Assembly: GCA_951406725.2 (NCBI GenBank)
Contig: OX597826.1
Coordinates: forward strand, 61,008,001-61,072,000
DNA from: Octopus vulgaris
Lineage: Eukaryota
DNA length: 64,000 nucleotides
Direction: 5' to 3'
Shown one piece after another: positions 27,856 to 41,438 of the stretch; position 1 is the first letter of the stretch, and each line of letters begins with the position of its first letter. The position numbers and the translations under genes were made by a program. The notes below the pieces were generated by a model. That model made no database searches. It worked only from the letters and a program-made list of their open reading frames with translations, and was not told the DNA's origin.

Positions 27856-29319
27856 CATTTTCTCCTCTGTGTTGTCTGACAATGGTTGACGATGCTAACT
27901 TAACTTTTCGCAGCCTCTAGCACTGTGTGTAGATGGTGTGAAAAATCTTGCAATTTCTTGCCCGACTGATTCTTAAAGTAGAATAATAATTATTGGTTTG
28001 AACAGATTTCATTTGATAATCACAGTTCTATTTCACGCCTGATACTCACCTTCTCTGTACACAAACAGCTCCCTCACTCACTCTCTTTCTTGTCTTTCTT
28101 TTAATCTTTTTCCTTTCTTTATCTATCTCTCTCTGTCTCTCTTTCTCTCTCTCTCTTTAATATCCTATCATCACTGTCTCACTCTGCTTTTCTGTGTCTG
28201 TCTGTATCTTTCTTTGTCTCTCTCTTTCTTTATTTCCCTCGACCTTTACATTTCTCTCTCTCCCTTTCTGTCTCTCTCTCCCTTTCTGTCTCTCTCTCCC
28301 TCTTTCTCTCTCTCCTTCTCTCTCTCTCTCTATCTCTTTCTCTCTCTCCTTTTCTTTATATATATGGATGCGCGTGTGTGTGTAGTCAGGTGTAAAAATT
28401 TACACAATCATAATTGTATATAATATGATCTGTGCGCAAGCGCCTTTTGGGAGAGAGAGAGAGATAGGCAAAGAGGGAAAGAACGAATGTGAGAGAGGGA
28501 GAGAGAGAGAAAGAGAGAGAGGAAAAGATAGAAAGAAAGAGAGAGAGAAAATGAAGAGAGCGGCTGTGTGCTGTTTGGCAAACGATTAAATTTTTCAAAT
28601 AGGTTGTTAGCGTAGTTTAATCGGCAAGGCTTAGGATTAACACTAACATTGCTGGCTTTCGAGACACAAACGATTACCGGGGTCTAATTTGGTCGAATTG
28701 CTAAGGCAGGCAGTGAACAGGAAAATAGTAAATGACTGAAATTTATGTCGGATAGAGTTAGGAAGAATTAAATGGGTTGAAGCAAACCAGTCAGTATGAA
28801 TCGGGTGGAAGTTGATACAAACTATAATCTAATAGGGAAGTACGTACACATACATACATACATACATTCGTACATACATACATACATACATGCATCGTAT
28901 GCATACATACATACATACATACATACATACATACATACATACATACATACATGAATACATACATACATACATACATACATACATACATACATACATACAT
29001 ACATACATACATACATACATACATACATACATACATACATACATAATGCATACATACATACATACATACTTACATACATACATACATTCATACATACATA
29101 CATACATACAAACATACGTACATATATACATACATACATGCATACATACATGCATACATACATACATACATACATACATGATTGCATACATACATACATA
29201 CATACATACATGCATACATACATACATGAATGCATACATACATACATACATGAATGCATACATACATACATACATACATACATGCATACATACATACATA
29301 CATACATACATACATACAT

Positions 29320-29368
<49 letters not shown>

Positions 29369-29395
29369 ATAAAGTGAATCAGGGATAGTACACAC

Positions 29396-29438
<43 letters not shown>

Positions 29439-29443
29439 GACTA

Positions 29444-29919
<476 letters not shown>

Positions 29920-29944
29920 GACTACAATGAGACATACAATACAC

Positions 29945-30870
29945 TTAAATTAATGATAATGAAGCAATGCTACATCAAGTTATTTAATAATGTCGAAGAT
30001 AAAAATATTACAGCGGATTGAACAAGATTGATGTTGTAGAACATTACTCCTCCATTTTTAAAACTCTACCGAATGTTTTAGAATTTTGAAAACTATACCG
30101 CCCTAACCGATACCTGTACCAATGTTAAAATTAATGCAAGATTGTTTTTAAAATATAAACAAGAAAAATGCTTTTCCATGTATTGATGGGTAGCTACAAT
30201 GGAACAGAGATTTCGGATTTTCTTGTATTATATGTTATAATTATATTGAAACATATAGAACGTTATTTACAATCATAGAAATTTACAAAGGCACTGGATT
30301 TACCGTATCCCTTTTCCTAACCGGACGTGATAAGAACAAACTCAGAAAAGACGCTGGCATTTTTAAAGATTTTGACGTGAAAATTACAATACATACAACT
30401 CTATGGAAAGTATATTTCCTAAATGCAACAAAGCAAGTATTATTCTTACCATAAACCTAACAGAACTAAATCAATATTCATGAATCAGAAATGCAGCCAG
30501 TTGCCCGTGGCCAAACTACACATTACTAGTATGATTATTGATAACATTTATTGCCAACAATTGGATACAGAAATAATTTTTAATTTCCCCATAATACGAT
30601 AGATCATTAGCTAGATTTAGCTTTTATGGTAAACAAAACTACATAGAACCAATCATTCGAAATTATATCAAACCGAAAAAGAAACTATTTGGTATAATCC
30701 ACCCCGTCGTTTAAATGTATGCACAAATAATGCTGAAACTTTTCTAACACTAATTTCACACCCATTTTTCACACTTATATCAGCAAGTACTCAGTTATGG
30801 CTAGCTGTAATTGTACGGGACAGAAAAGAAATCTGCCTTAAACAATTTTATTGCAAAGACTGTAACTACT
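29945..30870 (+). mobile_element. Penelope-like element RT remnant (second lineage)
   Basis: Collinear decayed motifs IDVVEHYSSI, FHVLMGSYNGTEISDFLVLY, IFKDFDVKITI...VYFLNAT, YHKPN, TIWYNPP..LNVCTN...FLTLI, CNC. Confidence 0.8.
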
Positions 30871-31635
30871 GCAACGGCTTCCTTAGCTATTATCCTTTAT
30901 GTACAGTAGAACAGTGAATTGGCTTTATTATGTGAAACCATCTTTAGAAAAATATGTGCTTCTGAGTATTTTCCTGAAAACTTTTACAGCTATGAATGAC
31001 CTCCCTTTGATAATTTTGAAGTAATTCGAACCCCTATTTCCCCAACACAGAAAATTGTACATTTCTTGTCGGGATCAACAGCAGAGAGATATTCTCCCTG
31101 AGGTCTAGTTACCTAGAACAAAATCAAAAGTCCAAAAGCTGTCAAGAAAAACTAAAAGCTTCTCGTCGCCAGCCAAAGCCGGCAAATATGACCTCAGAAA
31201 TTCCCATCAAGAATAACAATGACAACTTGATCCAAAACAGACAATAGAAAGGCGATGGAATGGGTATTTCAGAATTTTATAACGAATTGATTAACACTAG
31301 CTGTGACTCCTCGACTAGAAAGACCAGAGACCAATCTACGAATAAATAACAGGAGTGCAACAGCGATCGAAGTCACAAGAGTCCTTCACTACGTTAGAAG
31401 CAATCACTTATCAGGCTCTGGCAACTTTCCAGTGGTACTGAACTCGCTAGAGCTGCAAAAGCTCAAGTCAATATATAATTGTTAGAAGAAACTGTAATGA
31501 TTTGAAAGACTCTTGTATCAACGTACGACTAAAGATAGATGCGACTGTGGAAACTGTAGATGGATAACATTCCTCTCAGTATTTTGCCCTTGTGGAAATA
31601 AAGAATTTATTAGTATTATTTATTAGTATTATTAT

Positions 31636-31845
31636 TAAGGATGTGAACTGGCAGAATAGTTACCGCGCCAAAGAAAACGCTAAGTGGCATTTTGCCCGAC
31701 TTTACGTTCACATCCACCGAGGTAGACTTTGCCTCATATCCTTTTAGAGTCGATGAAATAAATACAAAATGAAAGATAGGTTCGTCGCAATCGACTTACT
31801 CCTTTCTCGAAATTGCTTGCCTTGTGCCAAAATTTCAAACCAGTA
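31636..31845 (+). mobile_element. Degenerate SINE family A
   Basis: gaactggcagaatagttacc...ccgaggtagactttgcctcatatcctttt. Confidence 0.7.
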
Positions 31846-32006
31846 TCATTACTCGTTATTCTTTATTCATTTTGTTTTTTTAACTCGTTTCGGTCATTAG
31901 ATAGTCCTGGGGTCGATTTGCTCGACTAAAGGCGGTGCTCCAGCATGGCCACTGTCACATGACTGAAACAAGTAAAGAGAGACAAAAATTGAGGGAGAAT
32001 ATGGCT

Positions 32007-32213
32007 TAACCCTTTTGATACCAACCTGCTTGAGACCGCCTCTCTTTCGATGATACAAACTTCTAAATTCAGACGTTCCACCAAAATTTCATATTAATTA
32101 ATGTTTCAAACCCTCGACTTAAAAACAACGAAATTATTACATTAGAATGTTCGTTGTTTTAAGAATTAATTGTAATAGTATTTCGAAAGAAATATGTTGA
32201 ACAAAATGGTTCA
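32007..32213. mobile_element. piggyBac-like MITE
   Basis: Starts ttaacccttttgatacc (TTAA+CCCT) with a decayed right end; a related copy at ~41671-42170 is interrupted by SINE C. Confidence 0.5.
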
Positions 32214-33209
32214 TGACATTTTCAAATAGATTCTACAAAGTTTCGTTGCTCTTAGTCTCAGGTAACTTTTAATACAGCGGGCCGATGATCAAATTGCTTC
32301 CACTTGTGACTCTCCCGTCTTATTTTTATGCATGTTTTCGGTATTGTGAATCATAATACAAATAATCTAAAATGAGGGAGATTTTGTTGCTATTTCTCGC
32401 AAAGATAGTGAGCACCTAGAAGCTTTCTTGTTGTTTTGTGTTAATCAGTAAAGTTCACCTGAATATGTGTACGCAGTCAGAAAACTCTGTTTACCTTTGC
32501 TACGACACACAGACAGAAATAGAAATGGCGCTGCAAGATTTTATTTTTCTTTAAATGGAATCGGTAAAAGAAAACAGAAAGAAAAAAAAACCCATGGAGA
32601 TTAGAATCATTTACAAGTTTCTGCTTATTTGCATTGATGTTTTTGTAGGTTTTGTTTTTTTTTTTATATTTATGATGATGATGATGATGATGACGATAAC
32701 GACGATGATGATTATGATGATGATGATGTGATCGAGATTCTGATAATGATGGTGATTGTGATGCAGGTGGTGATGATAATGGCGGCGATGGTGGTGGTGG
32801 TGGTGGTGGTGTTGGTGCTAATATTGGTAATATTCATTGCGATATTGACGGTGGCGGTGACTTTTGGTAGTAGTGATACGGCTGGTGCTGCCCACGCTGA
32901 TGGTGATGTTGTTGGTGGTGATACGGTGGTGGTAATGTTCACAATTCTCATGTCGATGTCGATGGTGATGGTGATGGTGATGGTGATGGTGGTAATAGTG
33001 ATGATGGCGATGATGATGACGCTGACGGTGATTGTGAGGTTGATGATGCTCGTGTTGAGGGTGACGCTGGTAGTGTAAATGGTAGTAAAGATGGCGATTG
33101 CTTCATTTTGGTTTGTTTTTCCTGTCAGGTTAGTGCAAAATAACTGTTATTCGTACCCTAAAACATAATTGTTTTTTAATATATGTGCACATATAAAATT
33201 GCTGTGTGC

Positions 33210-33265
<56 letters not shown>

Positions 33266-33314
33266 ACACACGTACAAATGTGTGTACTATGTTTCCATAG
33301 GTAAGTGCATGTTG

Positions 33315-33345
<31 letters not shown>

Positions 33346-33443
33346 GCGAGTGTGTATGTGTATGCGTGTGTGTATCTATCTATATATATATATATATATA
33401 TATATGCTGTATATAGGTATGTGTTTGTATGTATATGTCTGCT

Positions 33444-33505
<62 letters not shown>

Positions 33506-33926
33506 TATGTATGTATGTATGTATTATGTATTTATATATATGTGTGTGTGTGTCTTTAGACGTTCCTATCTCTCTCACTCTCTCTTTCTTTCTCTCACCC
33601 CTCTCTCTTTTTCTCAATCTACCCTGTCCTCTTATTCTCTTTACGTTTTTGTCTCTATTTTCTTCTCTCTCATCATTCATTCAAAGTTGAGGTTTTTCTT
33701 CTTCCTTATTTCTCTTCTCTCCTTATTTTCTCTTGACTTGTTTCCTCTTCCTTCCTCTTCCTTCAGCATTCATTTTAATTACTTTTCATTTCTCTTATAT
33801 TCCAGTCTCTCTCTCTCTATCTCTTCTCATACATACAGTTAAACAAACACACACACACACACATACTCACACGGAATTTATCAGCGTTTCATTGTTTTTC
33901 TCCTTACATATGTCTGGTTCTCTCTC

Positions 33927-33959
<33 letters not shown>

Positions 33960-34066
33960 CTCTTTCTTTCTATCTCACTTTCTGTTTCTCTCTCACTCAT
34001 CCTTCCTCTCCCAAGTTTCATTTTTACTTCTCACTACTCACCGTTGCTCTTTGTCACGCACAAACA

Positions 34067-34126
<60 letters not shown>

Positions 34127-34289
34127 CCCCTTCTTTCTATCTTTCTTTTCAGATAAAACACATACACACATCCTTATATGCACAAATAAATCTTGCTTCC
34201 CGACAAGCAGCTATAGACAACACCATCAGTCTGGTTAATAGACTCTAAAAATATCTTGATAGCGGCACACGGTCAAAAGCTTCTCACCA

Positions 34290-34950
34290 GAAACCACCAG
34301 AAGAATGTAATGAAGCTGAATACATCAAGTAACTGCAGTATATGTAATTTGGAAGCAGCAATAAACCACATTTTATCTGGTTGCTCTGTCTAAGGCAAGA
34401 AAATACGTCTAGAGTCATAACAAAGCTAAAACTTAGACAGGAAATCATACCAGCATTATGAAATACCAACAAGAAATATAGATTATATATACACAAGATT
34501 ATATATATACAACAAATTATCTCAGAAATTGAGAACGTGGCTGTAGTTTGGGTTATTTCGATATACACAGACAGGAAGATCATGGCTAATGTATCAGATA
34601 TTGTGATCAAGAACGACTGAGGAAAAAAATATACTCCCGAGTCAGCGTATCTGTCCCAGTAGCTGATGTTGTATCTCTGCAAAAAAATGGAGAAATTATT
34701 AAGTGAAACAAATCTGAAAATAAAGATAACCAGAATACGGGCACTGAAATCAGAAACATTCCCTGTAAAAGGGCCTAGGAGATTATTAAGAAAAGGGGAC
34801 AGATAAGTACATATTCAAAACTCGGTTTATATACAGACATAATATAGAGTAAATAGACACTGTACATTATGTAGTTTTAAAAAATGTTGAATCAAAATAT
34901 AATGCATACCCAAGACACACAGGACTGCTCTCGGAAGGGCAGCGAAAATA
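34290..34950 (+). mobile_element. R4/Dong-like LINE 3' remnant (zinc knuckle plus RLE endonuclease)
   Basis: INHILSGC, then W..SIYTDRKIMANVSDIVIK; ends in (AAT)n. Confidence 0.75.
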
Positions 34951-34952
34951 AC

Positions 34953-35000
<48 letters not shown>

Positions 35001-35021
35001 TATAATTATAATAATAATAAT

Positions 35022-35436
35022 GGTATCAAATTTTGCCACAAGGGAACTAATTTGGGGGTGGAGGAATAAATCGATTACGTCGACCCCAGTGTTCAAATGG
35101 TACTTATTTTATCGACTCCGTAAGGATAAAAGGCAAAATCGATATCGGCGGTATTTGAACTCAGGACATAGCGACGGACGAAATACCGCTAAGCTGTATT
35201 TCGTCCAGCACGCTAGCGATTCTGCTCGTTCGCTACCTTAATGATAATAATAATAATAGACTTTTCTACTATATGCACAATTGAAATGTGGTTGGAGGGG
35301 TAAGTCGATTACATCCGTCTCAGTATTTGACTACTATTTATATCGTCGACCCCGAACGGACGAAAGGCAATGTCGACTTCGGTGGAATTTGAATTCAGAA
35401 TGTGTGCCGCTAAGCATTTCGTCCGGCATGCTAACT
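35022..35436 (-). mobile_element. Two SINE family A copies
   Basis: Homology to the other family A copies (gtcgac...aaggcaa...gaatttgaa.tcag). Confidence 0.8.
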
Positions 35437-36039
35437 ATTTAGCCGTCTTTTCCATGTGAAGTATAATCCTTTCTACGATAGCCAAGAGGCTAGCAGTTTT
35501 AGGAGGAATGCTGTCAATTGCTCGTTGCGCTATACAATGCGGTCGCTGAAAAGTTAAACCATAGCATTCAATCAGGGTTTCGTGGAAGGCTCGAACGACG
35601 ATAGCCTCTGAGTGATCCAGGTAGACTTTGCCTTTCATCTTTTCGAAGTTAAAATAAAGTACCACTCAAGTAATATGGTCAATGTAATTGACTAGCCTTG
35701 TGCTTATAGTAGGAATAAATTGTTGTTGTTGCTACTGTCTTCTTCTTCTTCTTCGTCTTCTTCTTCTTCTTCTTCTTCCAATCAGGACTCACACTATTGG
35801 CCACAAAGAATAATCTCTAATTCGAGCCTACTGTAAGCAACTTGAAGATCCACCCATATCACGCGATAAACTGGCGGTTGCACGAGCGCGAAAGCTACGT
35901 TGTCATCCTCATTCCGTAAACGGTAGCTTTTAACGGGTAGAGAGCTGAACCTTCATGGGGTACTATGGATTCGCAATCTAGACTATAGTCTGAAAGTTTA
36001 CCACACCGTAGTGGATTACATTGGTTCCTCTGCTTTGTG

Positions 36040-36234
36040 GCAGAAGTAAGTAGAGAGAGTGAGAGAAAGTTGTGATGAAAGAGTACAGCGGGGTTCACCC
36101 AACACCCCGCCGGAGCCACGTGGAGCTTAAGTGTTTTTGCTCAATAAACACTCACAATGCTCGGTCTGGGAATCGAAACTGCGTTCTTACGACCGCGAGT
36201 CCGCTGCCCTAACCACTGGGCCATTGCGCCTCCA
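36040..36234 (-). mobile_element. tRNA-derived SINE family D (partial)
   Basis: Minus strand: ggaggcgcaatggcccagtggttagggcagcggactcgcggtcg...gtttcgattcccagacc; fuller copy at 53252-53640. Confidence 0.85.
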
Positions 36235-36351
36235 CTGTTGTTATATGTTGCTATAGATTGTTGTTGATGTTGTCATGGATAGTATGTTGGCTATATCGGC
36301 AGAACATCAGATAAAATGATGACGATACCATGACAATGGCAAACATTAATA

Positions 36352-36383
<32 letters not shown>

Positions 36384-36984
36384 GATGATGAAGGCGTTGG
36401 AGATATATGGTGAATCGTAACGATGATGATGGTGATAATGATAAAGATGACGACGATAATGATGATGACAAAGATGAGATATTCGTAACACACTACCTGT
36501 ACTGTTTACTTATCTAAGAGCAAGATCACAGTACACTAGTTTTACCAAAAGATACTATCACTACTGTTGTCTATACATAGATACATCCACTTCCCTACGA
36601 CTGATATTACAACCACAGTTAAATACGCATAGATATATGAACTTCGTTATCTTACAAATTGATACGTTAACTTAAAACAGTGGTTATTTGCGTATAGATA
36701 CATTAAATTACACCAGCGCCATTATATACACGTAAATATATTCACTTAACTCTACAACAGTCATCTTCACATACACTAACTACTGCTACTACTACAACTA
36801 CTACTACTACTACTACTATCCACATATAGACGCATTAACTGCTTTTACTACAATTATCAACACATTTATACATTAGTTTACACTGTCACAGTTAGTTATA
36901 CATAGATATATTAAATAGCGCCACCCCTCATCTTCGCATACTTGCATTAACTTATACTGCTATGTAGATACTATTATCTACATA

Positions 36985-37349
36985 GGTGCGGGAGTGGCTG
37001 TGTGGTAAGTACCTTGCTTCCCAACCACATGGTTCCGGGTTCAGTCCCACTGCGTGGCGCCTTGCGCAGGTGTCTTCTGCTATAGCTTCGGGCCGACCAA
37101 AGCCTTGTGAGTGGATTTGGTAGACGGAAACTGAAAGAAGCCCGTCGTAATGTGTATGTGTATGTGTGTGCGTCTGTGTTTGTCCCTCCAACACCGCTTG
37201 ACAACCGCTAAGTTACGTCCCCGTAACTTAGCTGTTCGGCAATAGAGACCGATAGAATAAGTACTAGGCTTACAAAGAATAAGTCCTGGGTTCGATTTTC
37301 TCGACTAAAGACGGTGCTCCAGTCAAATGACTGAAACAAATAAAAGAAT
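36985..37349 (+). mobile_element. tRNA-derived SINE family B with internal (TG/TA)n
   Basis: ggagtggctgtgtggtaag...ccgggttcagtccc...gaaactgaaagaagcccgtcg (microsatellite)...atgactgaaacaaataaaag. Confidence 0.9.
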
Positions 37350-37404
37350 ATACACACATCAGTTCGAATTACTATTACTACCATAGCTATCAACAAACAA
37401 AAAT

Positions 37405-37806
37405 ATTTGTTTCTACTCTAGATACAAAGCCCGAAATTTGGGGGGAGGGGCCAGTCGATCTGATCGACCACAGTACGCAACTGGTACTTAATTTATCGAC
37501 CCCGAAAGGATGAAAGGCAAAGTCGACCTCGGCGGAATTTGAACTTAGAACATAAAGACAGACGAAATACCTCTTCCTTTACTACCCACAAGGGGCTAAA
37601 CGCAGAGAGGACAAACAAGGACAGACAAACAGATAAAGTCGATTACATCGACCCCAGTGCATAACCGGTCCTTAATTTATCGACCCCGAAAGGATGAAAG
37701 GCAAAGTCGACCTCGGCAGAATTTGAACATAGAACAGAAAAGACAAACGAAATACCGATAAGCCTTCCGCCCGGCGTGCTAACGTTTCTGCCAGCTCGCC
37801 GACTTA
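37405..37806 (-). mobile_element. SINE family A, partial tandem dimer
   Basis: Full copy ~37571-37806 plus a head-less copy ~37405-37570 joined at gacgaaatacc. Confidence 0.9.
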
Positions 37807-39331
37807 GCAAACAGAAATATTAACTTACATCACTACCACACAGTAGAATGTTTCTTCCTGCATTCACGTTCATTTTTTCCACAATCACTTTCTATCATGA
37901 TTAGTCTACTTATGGACACTACTTGAGTGTAATGCTTCACATATAAAAAAAAAAAACAGGTATACACTCAATACGGCTATACTTCTACAAACACTATATT
38001 TCAAACAATAAACAGCTTTCTCTTTTTAGCTCGCGATTTATATAAACAATCACTACAAAATAAGCATTTATTTTCAGGGAGAAATTTCACAGCCAACACC
38101 AGAAAACTTAGCCTTGTGCAACAAGACATTGGTCACATACAATATTTAGTCGTATACTAGTACTAGTAATCTGGGTTCCTGTTCGTTTATTAACTTAATC
38201 CCTATATGAACCCAAACAATCTTTCTGTACGTTTACAACCGCTTACATACTTTCTAGAAAATCTATATCTTTATAACACGTGGTGTACCCTTGGTGGTCG
38301 ACTATCATAGAGGAGACAATACTTTCTAGATTAAGTTGCGGTGGATTTAGAAGTTTGGAAGTTACATCAAAATGTAAAGGTATACATAGTATATACACAT
38401 TTTTAGTTTTATCTACACATAAGAGTCTTAAGGTTTCTTGTCGTAGGTAGTCATGTATAGTGTTATTTCATTCTTCTTTCGAATCGTCAGCATGGCATAA
38501 CTTGAGACAAATAAATTAAGCTAAACTCAACATTTTATGAAGTTAGACATTCTTTAGAGAGCGATAAAAATTTACAATTTAAAAGGTATTTCCTTCTTTT
38601 TTTAATCCTAGATTGTTAATTGTTCAATTAAGTATTATTTGTTTAATTGTATATCTTCAGATGTTTTAGATTCTCTTGGATTGTCTCTCCGCTGTACACT
38701 AATATCATTTTGACCGAGTCTTCGACGTCTTCTCAAATGCAGCTTACATGAAAACACCAATCATTGTTTACCTCGTAAAAGGCTGTGACATGTATTAACA
38801 TATTACTCACGTATATATATATATGGGTGAGTCAAAAAGTAATGCGAATAAAGATTGCATTACCTTATGACCTACTCTCGTGTAAGATCCATTCACCAGT
38901 TGCTATGATTAAGTAGTGCATGTTAATCCCTTTAATAGAGGCACTAATTGGCTTCGGAATTTGTATGTTATTGGCATAGTTTTAGAGTATTTTCATAAAA
39001 CGAAAATTAAATTCTTCCCCTACTTTGAATACCTAAATATTAAATGTTTTATCTGAGTTCACATTGTTAAAATATCAATACCTTTGTAAAAGAAGAAAAA
39101 GAAAAGGAACTGATGTCCAATTTAAACAAAACACATACGCATACACACATTCACATGCACACTCACACACACACACACACACACATACACATGCAAATAC
39201 GCACACAATTACACGATATTCACCAACAAATTATCTACAACAAACAAATATGCATTCGAATTTTTATGATCGATTTTAGCCAGTGAGATGAATATCTATA
39301 ATTACGTTGCCTCAACCCGACCTCACTATCA

Positions 39332-39371
<40 letters not shown>

Positions 39372-39786
39372 AGAAAGTCTCTGTCTTGTGTTTTTAAATC
39401 GATGACTTTGAGCCTCTCCTTCACCTATGTTGTTTACAACTAATAACCAGTTTCTCTCTATACATTAGTTCTTTTCCTCACCAATTATTTAGCTCCTCCT
39501 ATTTCGATTAAATTTTACGAGTGTAATCTCATCTATTCTCTGATACAGATCGCGAAAGCATATTCACGTGAAAGCTAAGTTATACTCAAGGATTGTACAA
39601 AAGTTAAAGATTTAACTCTAAACAGTGTTTTGAGTCCTTTATCAGACACTGTTTCACAAGTTTTCAATATATCTGTGTGCATTATGAAAATCACATATAT
39701 ATATACGTATGTATTCATGTATGTATGTATGTATGTATGTATGTATCTATGTATGTATGTATGTTTGTATGTATGTATGTATGTAT

Positions 39787-40024
39787 GTATTTCTTTATTG
39801 CCCACAAGGGGCTAAACATAGAGGGAACAAACAAGGACATACAAAGGGATTAAGTCGATACATCGACCCCCCACCAGTGCGAAACTGGTATTTTATTTAT
39901 CGACCACGAAAGGATGAAAGGTAAAGTCGACCTCGGCGGAATTTGAACTCAGAACGTAACGGCAGACGAAATACCGCTAAGCATTTCGCCCGGCGCGCTA
40001 ACGAGTCTGCCAGCACGCCGCCTT
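39787..40024 (-). mobile_element. SINE family A inserted in (TATG)n
   Basis: Full head-to-tail homology; (tatg)n on both flanks. Confidence 0.9.
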
Positions 40025-40323
40025 TGTTTGTATGTATGTATGTATGTATGTATGTGTGTTTATCTATATGTGTTTTTGTGCCAGTGTTTGTCCCCTACTA
40101 CCGCTTCACAACAAGCGTTGGTGTGTTTATGTTCCCGTAACGAAGCGGCTCAGCAAAGAAACCAATAGAATAAGCACTAGGATTTAAAGAAAAACAAGTC
40201 CCGCAGTCGATTTGTTTCACTAAAGCCCTTCAGGGTGATGTCCCAGCATGGCCGCAGACAAATGACAGAAATAAAAGATAAAACACACACGCACACACAT
40301 ACACAAGCACGCACACATATTTA

Positions 40324-40496
40324 TACAGCTCCATATTTAAGAGATGAGGAATTATGTACATTATTTACATTATTTACAATTGACGGATATTTGTCCTCAT
40401 CTTGTTTGTTGTTAACACAACGTTTCGGCTGATATACCCTCCAGCCTTCATCAGGTTTCATCGAACCTGGGTTCTCATTCCTAAGGTATTTTTCGA

Positions 40497-40564
<68 letters not shown>

Positions 40565-40635
40565 TCACTGTTTGGAATCAAACTCGGAATCTTGGGATTA
40601 GTAGCCCGCGCTCTTAACCACTACGCCATATGCCC
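40324..40635 (-). mobile_element. tRNA-headed SINE-like element with (AAT)n spacer and hammerhead tail (copy with complete head)
   Basis: Minus strand: gggcatatggcgtagtggttaagagcgcgggctactaatcccaagattccgagtttgattcc...gtgacctg (aat)n acatcgaaaaatacc...CTGATGA a ggctg..cagcc GAAA cgtt gtgtt... Confidence 0.85.
40414..40458 (-). ncRNA. Minimal hammerhead ribozyme, intact core, damaged helix I
   Basis: Minus strand: aaac CTGATGA a ggctg gagggtatat cagcc GAAA cg TT gtgtt; core at 40448-40454. Confidence 0.75.
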
Positions 40636-40664
40636 AAGATTCCGAGTTCGATTCCAGGCAGTGA

Positions 40665-40744
<80 letters not shown>

Positions 40745-40798
40745 TTAATAATAATGATGATGATGATGATGATGATAATGATGATAATGATGATAATG

Positions 40799-40872
<74 letters not shown>

Positions 40873-41088
40873 GATGATGATAATGATAATGAAAATAATA
40901 ATAATAATAATAATAATATTAACAACAACAACAACATCGAAATATACCTTAGGAATGAGAACCCAGATTCGAAATTTCCCCCAAGACACCTAATAAAGGC
41001 TGGAGGGTATATCAGCCGAAACGTTGTGTTAACAACAAACAAGATGAGGACAAATGTCCGTCAATAGTAAATAATGTAAATAAAGTAC
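40633..41088 (+). mobile_element. Same element, 5'-truncated inverted copy
   Basis: Begins cccaagattccGAGTTCGATTCC (B box 40644-40655), then expanded (AAT/GAT)n and the same tail, ending in (CA)n. Confidence 0.85.
40985..41030 (+). ncRNA. Minimal hammerhead ribozyme, intact helices, mutated core
   Basis: gacac CTAATAA a ggctg gagggtatat cagcc GAAA cg TT gtgtt; helix I gacac/gtgtt; two G>A changes relative to CTGATGA in the sister copy. Confidence 0.7.
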
Positions 41089-41438
41089 ACACACACACGT
41101 ACACATATATATATGTATGTATGTATGTATGTTTGCATCCGTCTTTCCCATTGGAGCAGACTTTATCTTTCATCTTTCAGGAATCAATAAATTGGTGCAC
41201 CTGTGAAACACAAAGAATCGATTCAGTCGACTGTAGCTTCCATTCGAAACTAGTGAGATGGTCAAACTAATATGTAATTAGCTTTTCATAAATCAAGAGA
41301 TGGTCACAACACATTTAATGGTCTGTAACCGTTCTTAAACTAGTGAGACGATCACCCAATATTTAATGGCTTATTGCCCTTCTTAAACCAATAAGATGGT
41401 CACACCGATTAGAAGGTCCCATAATATTTAATGGACTG

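Noticed and set aside
28044-28052. Consensus splice donors (AAG|GTGAGT on minus here; also ATG|GTGAGT at ~5813 and TAG|GTGAGT at ~56369 on plus)
   Set aside because: A few such matches are expected by chance in 64 kb, and no matching acceptor plus coding frame could be established.
32728-33078. Hydrophobic 116-aa ORF suggesting a membrane protein
   Set aside because: Derived from decayed (GAT/GGT)n triplet repeats.
40575-40635. tRNA-like sequences here and at other SINE heads as real tRNA genes
   Set aside because: No complete acceptor stem, and each continues into a repeated SINE body.
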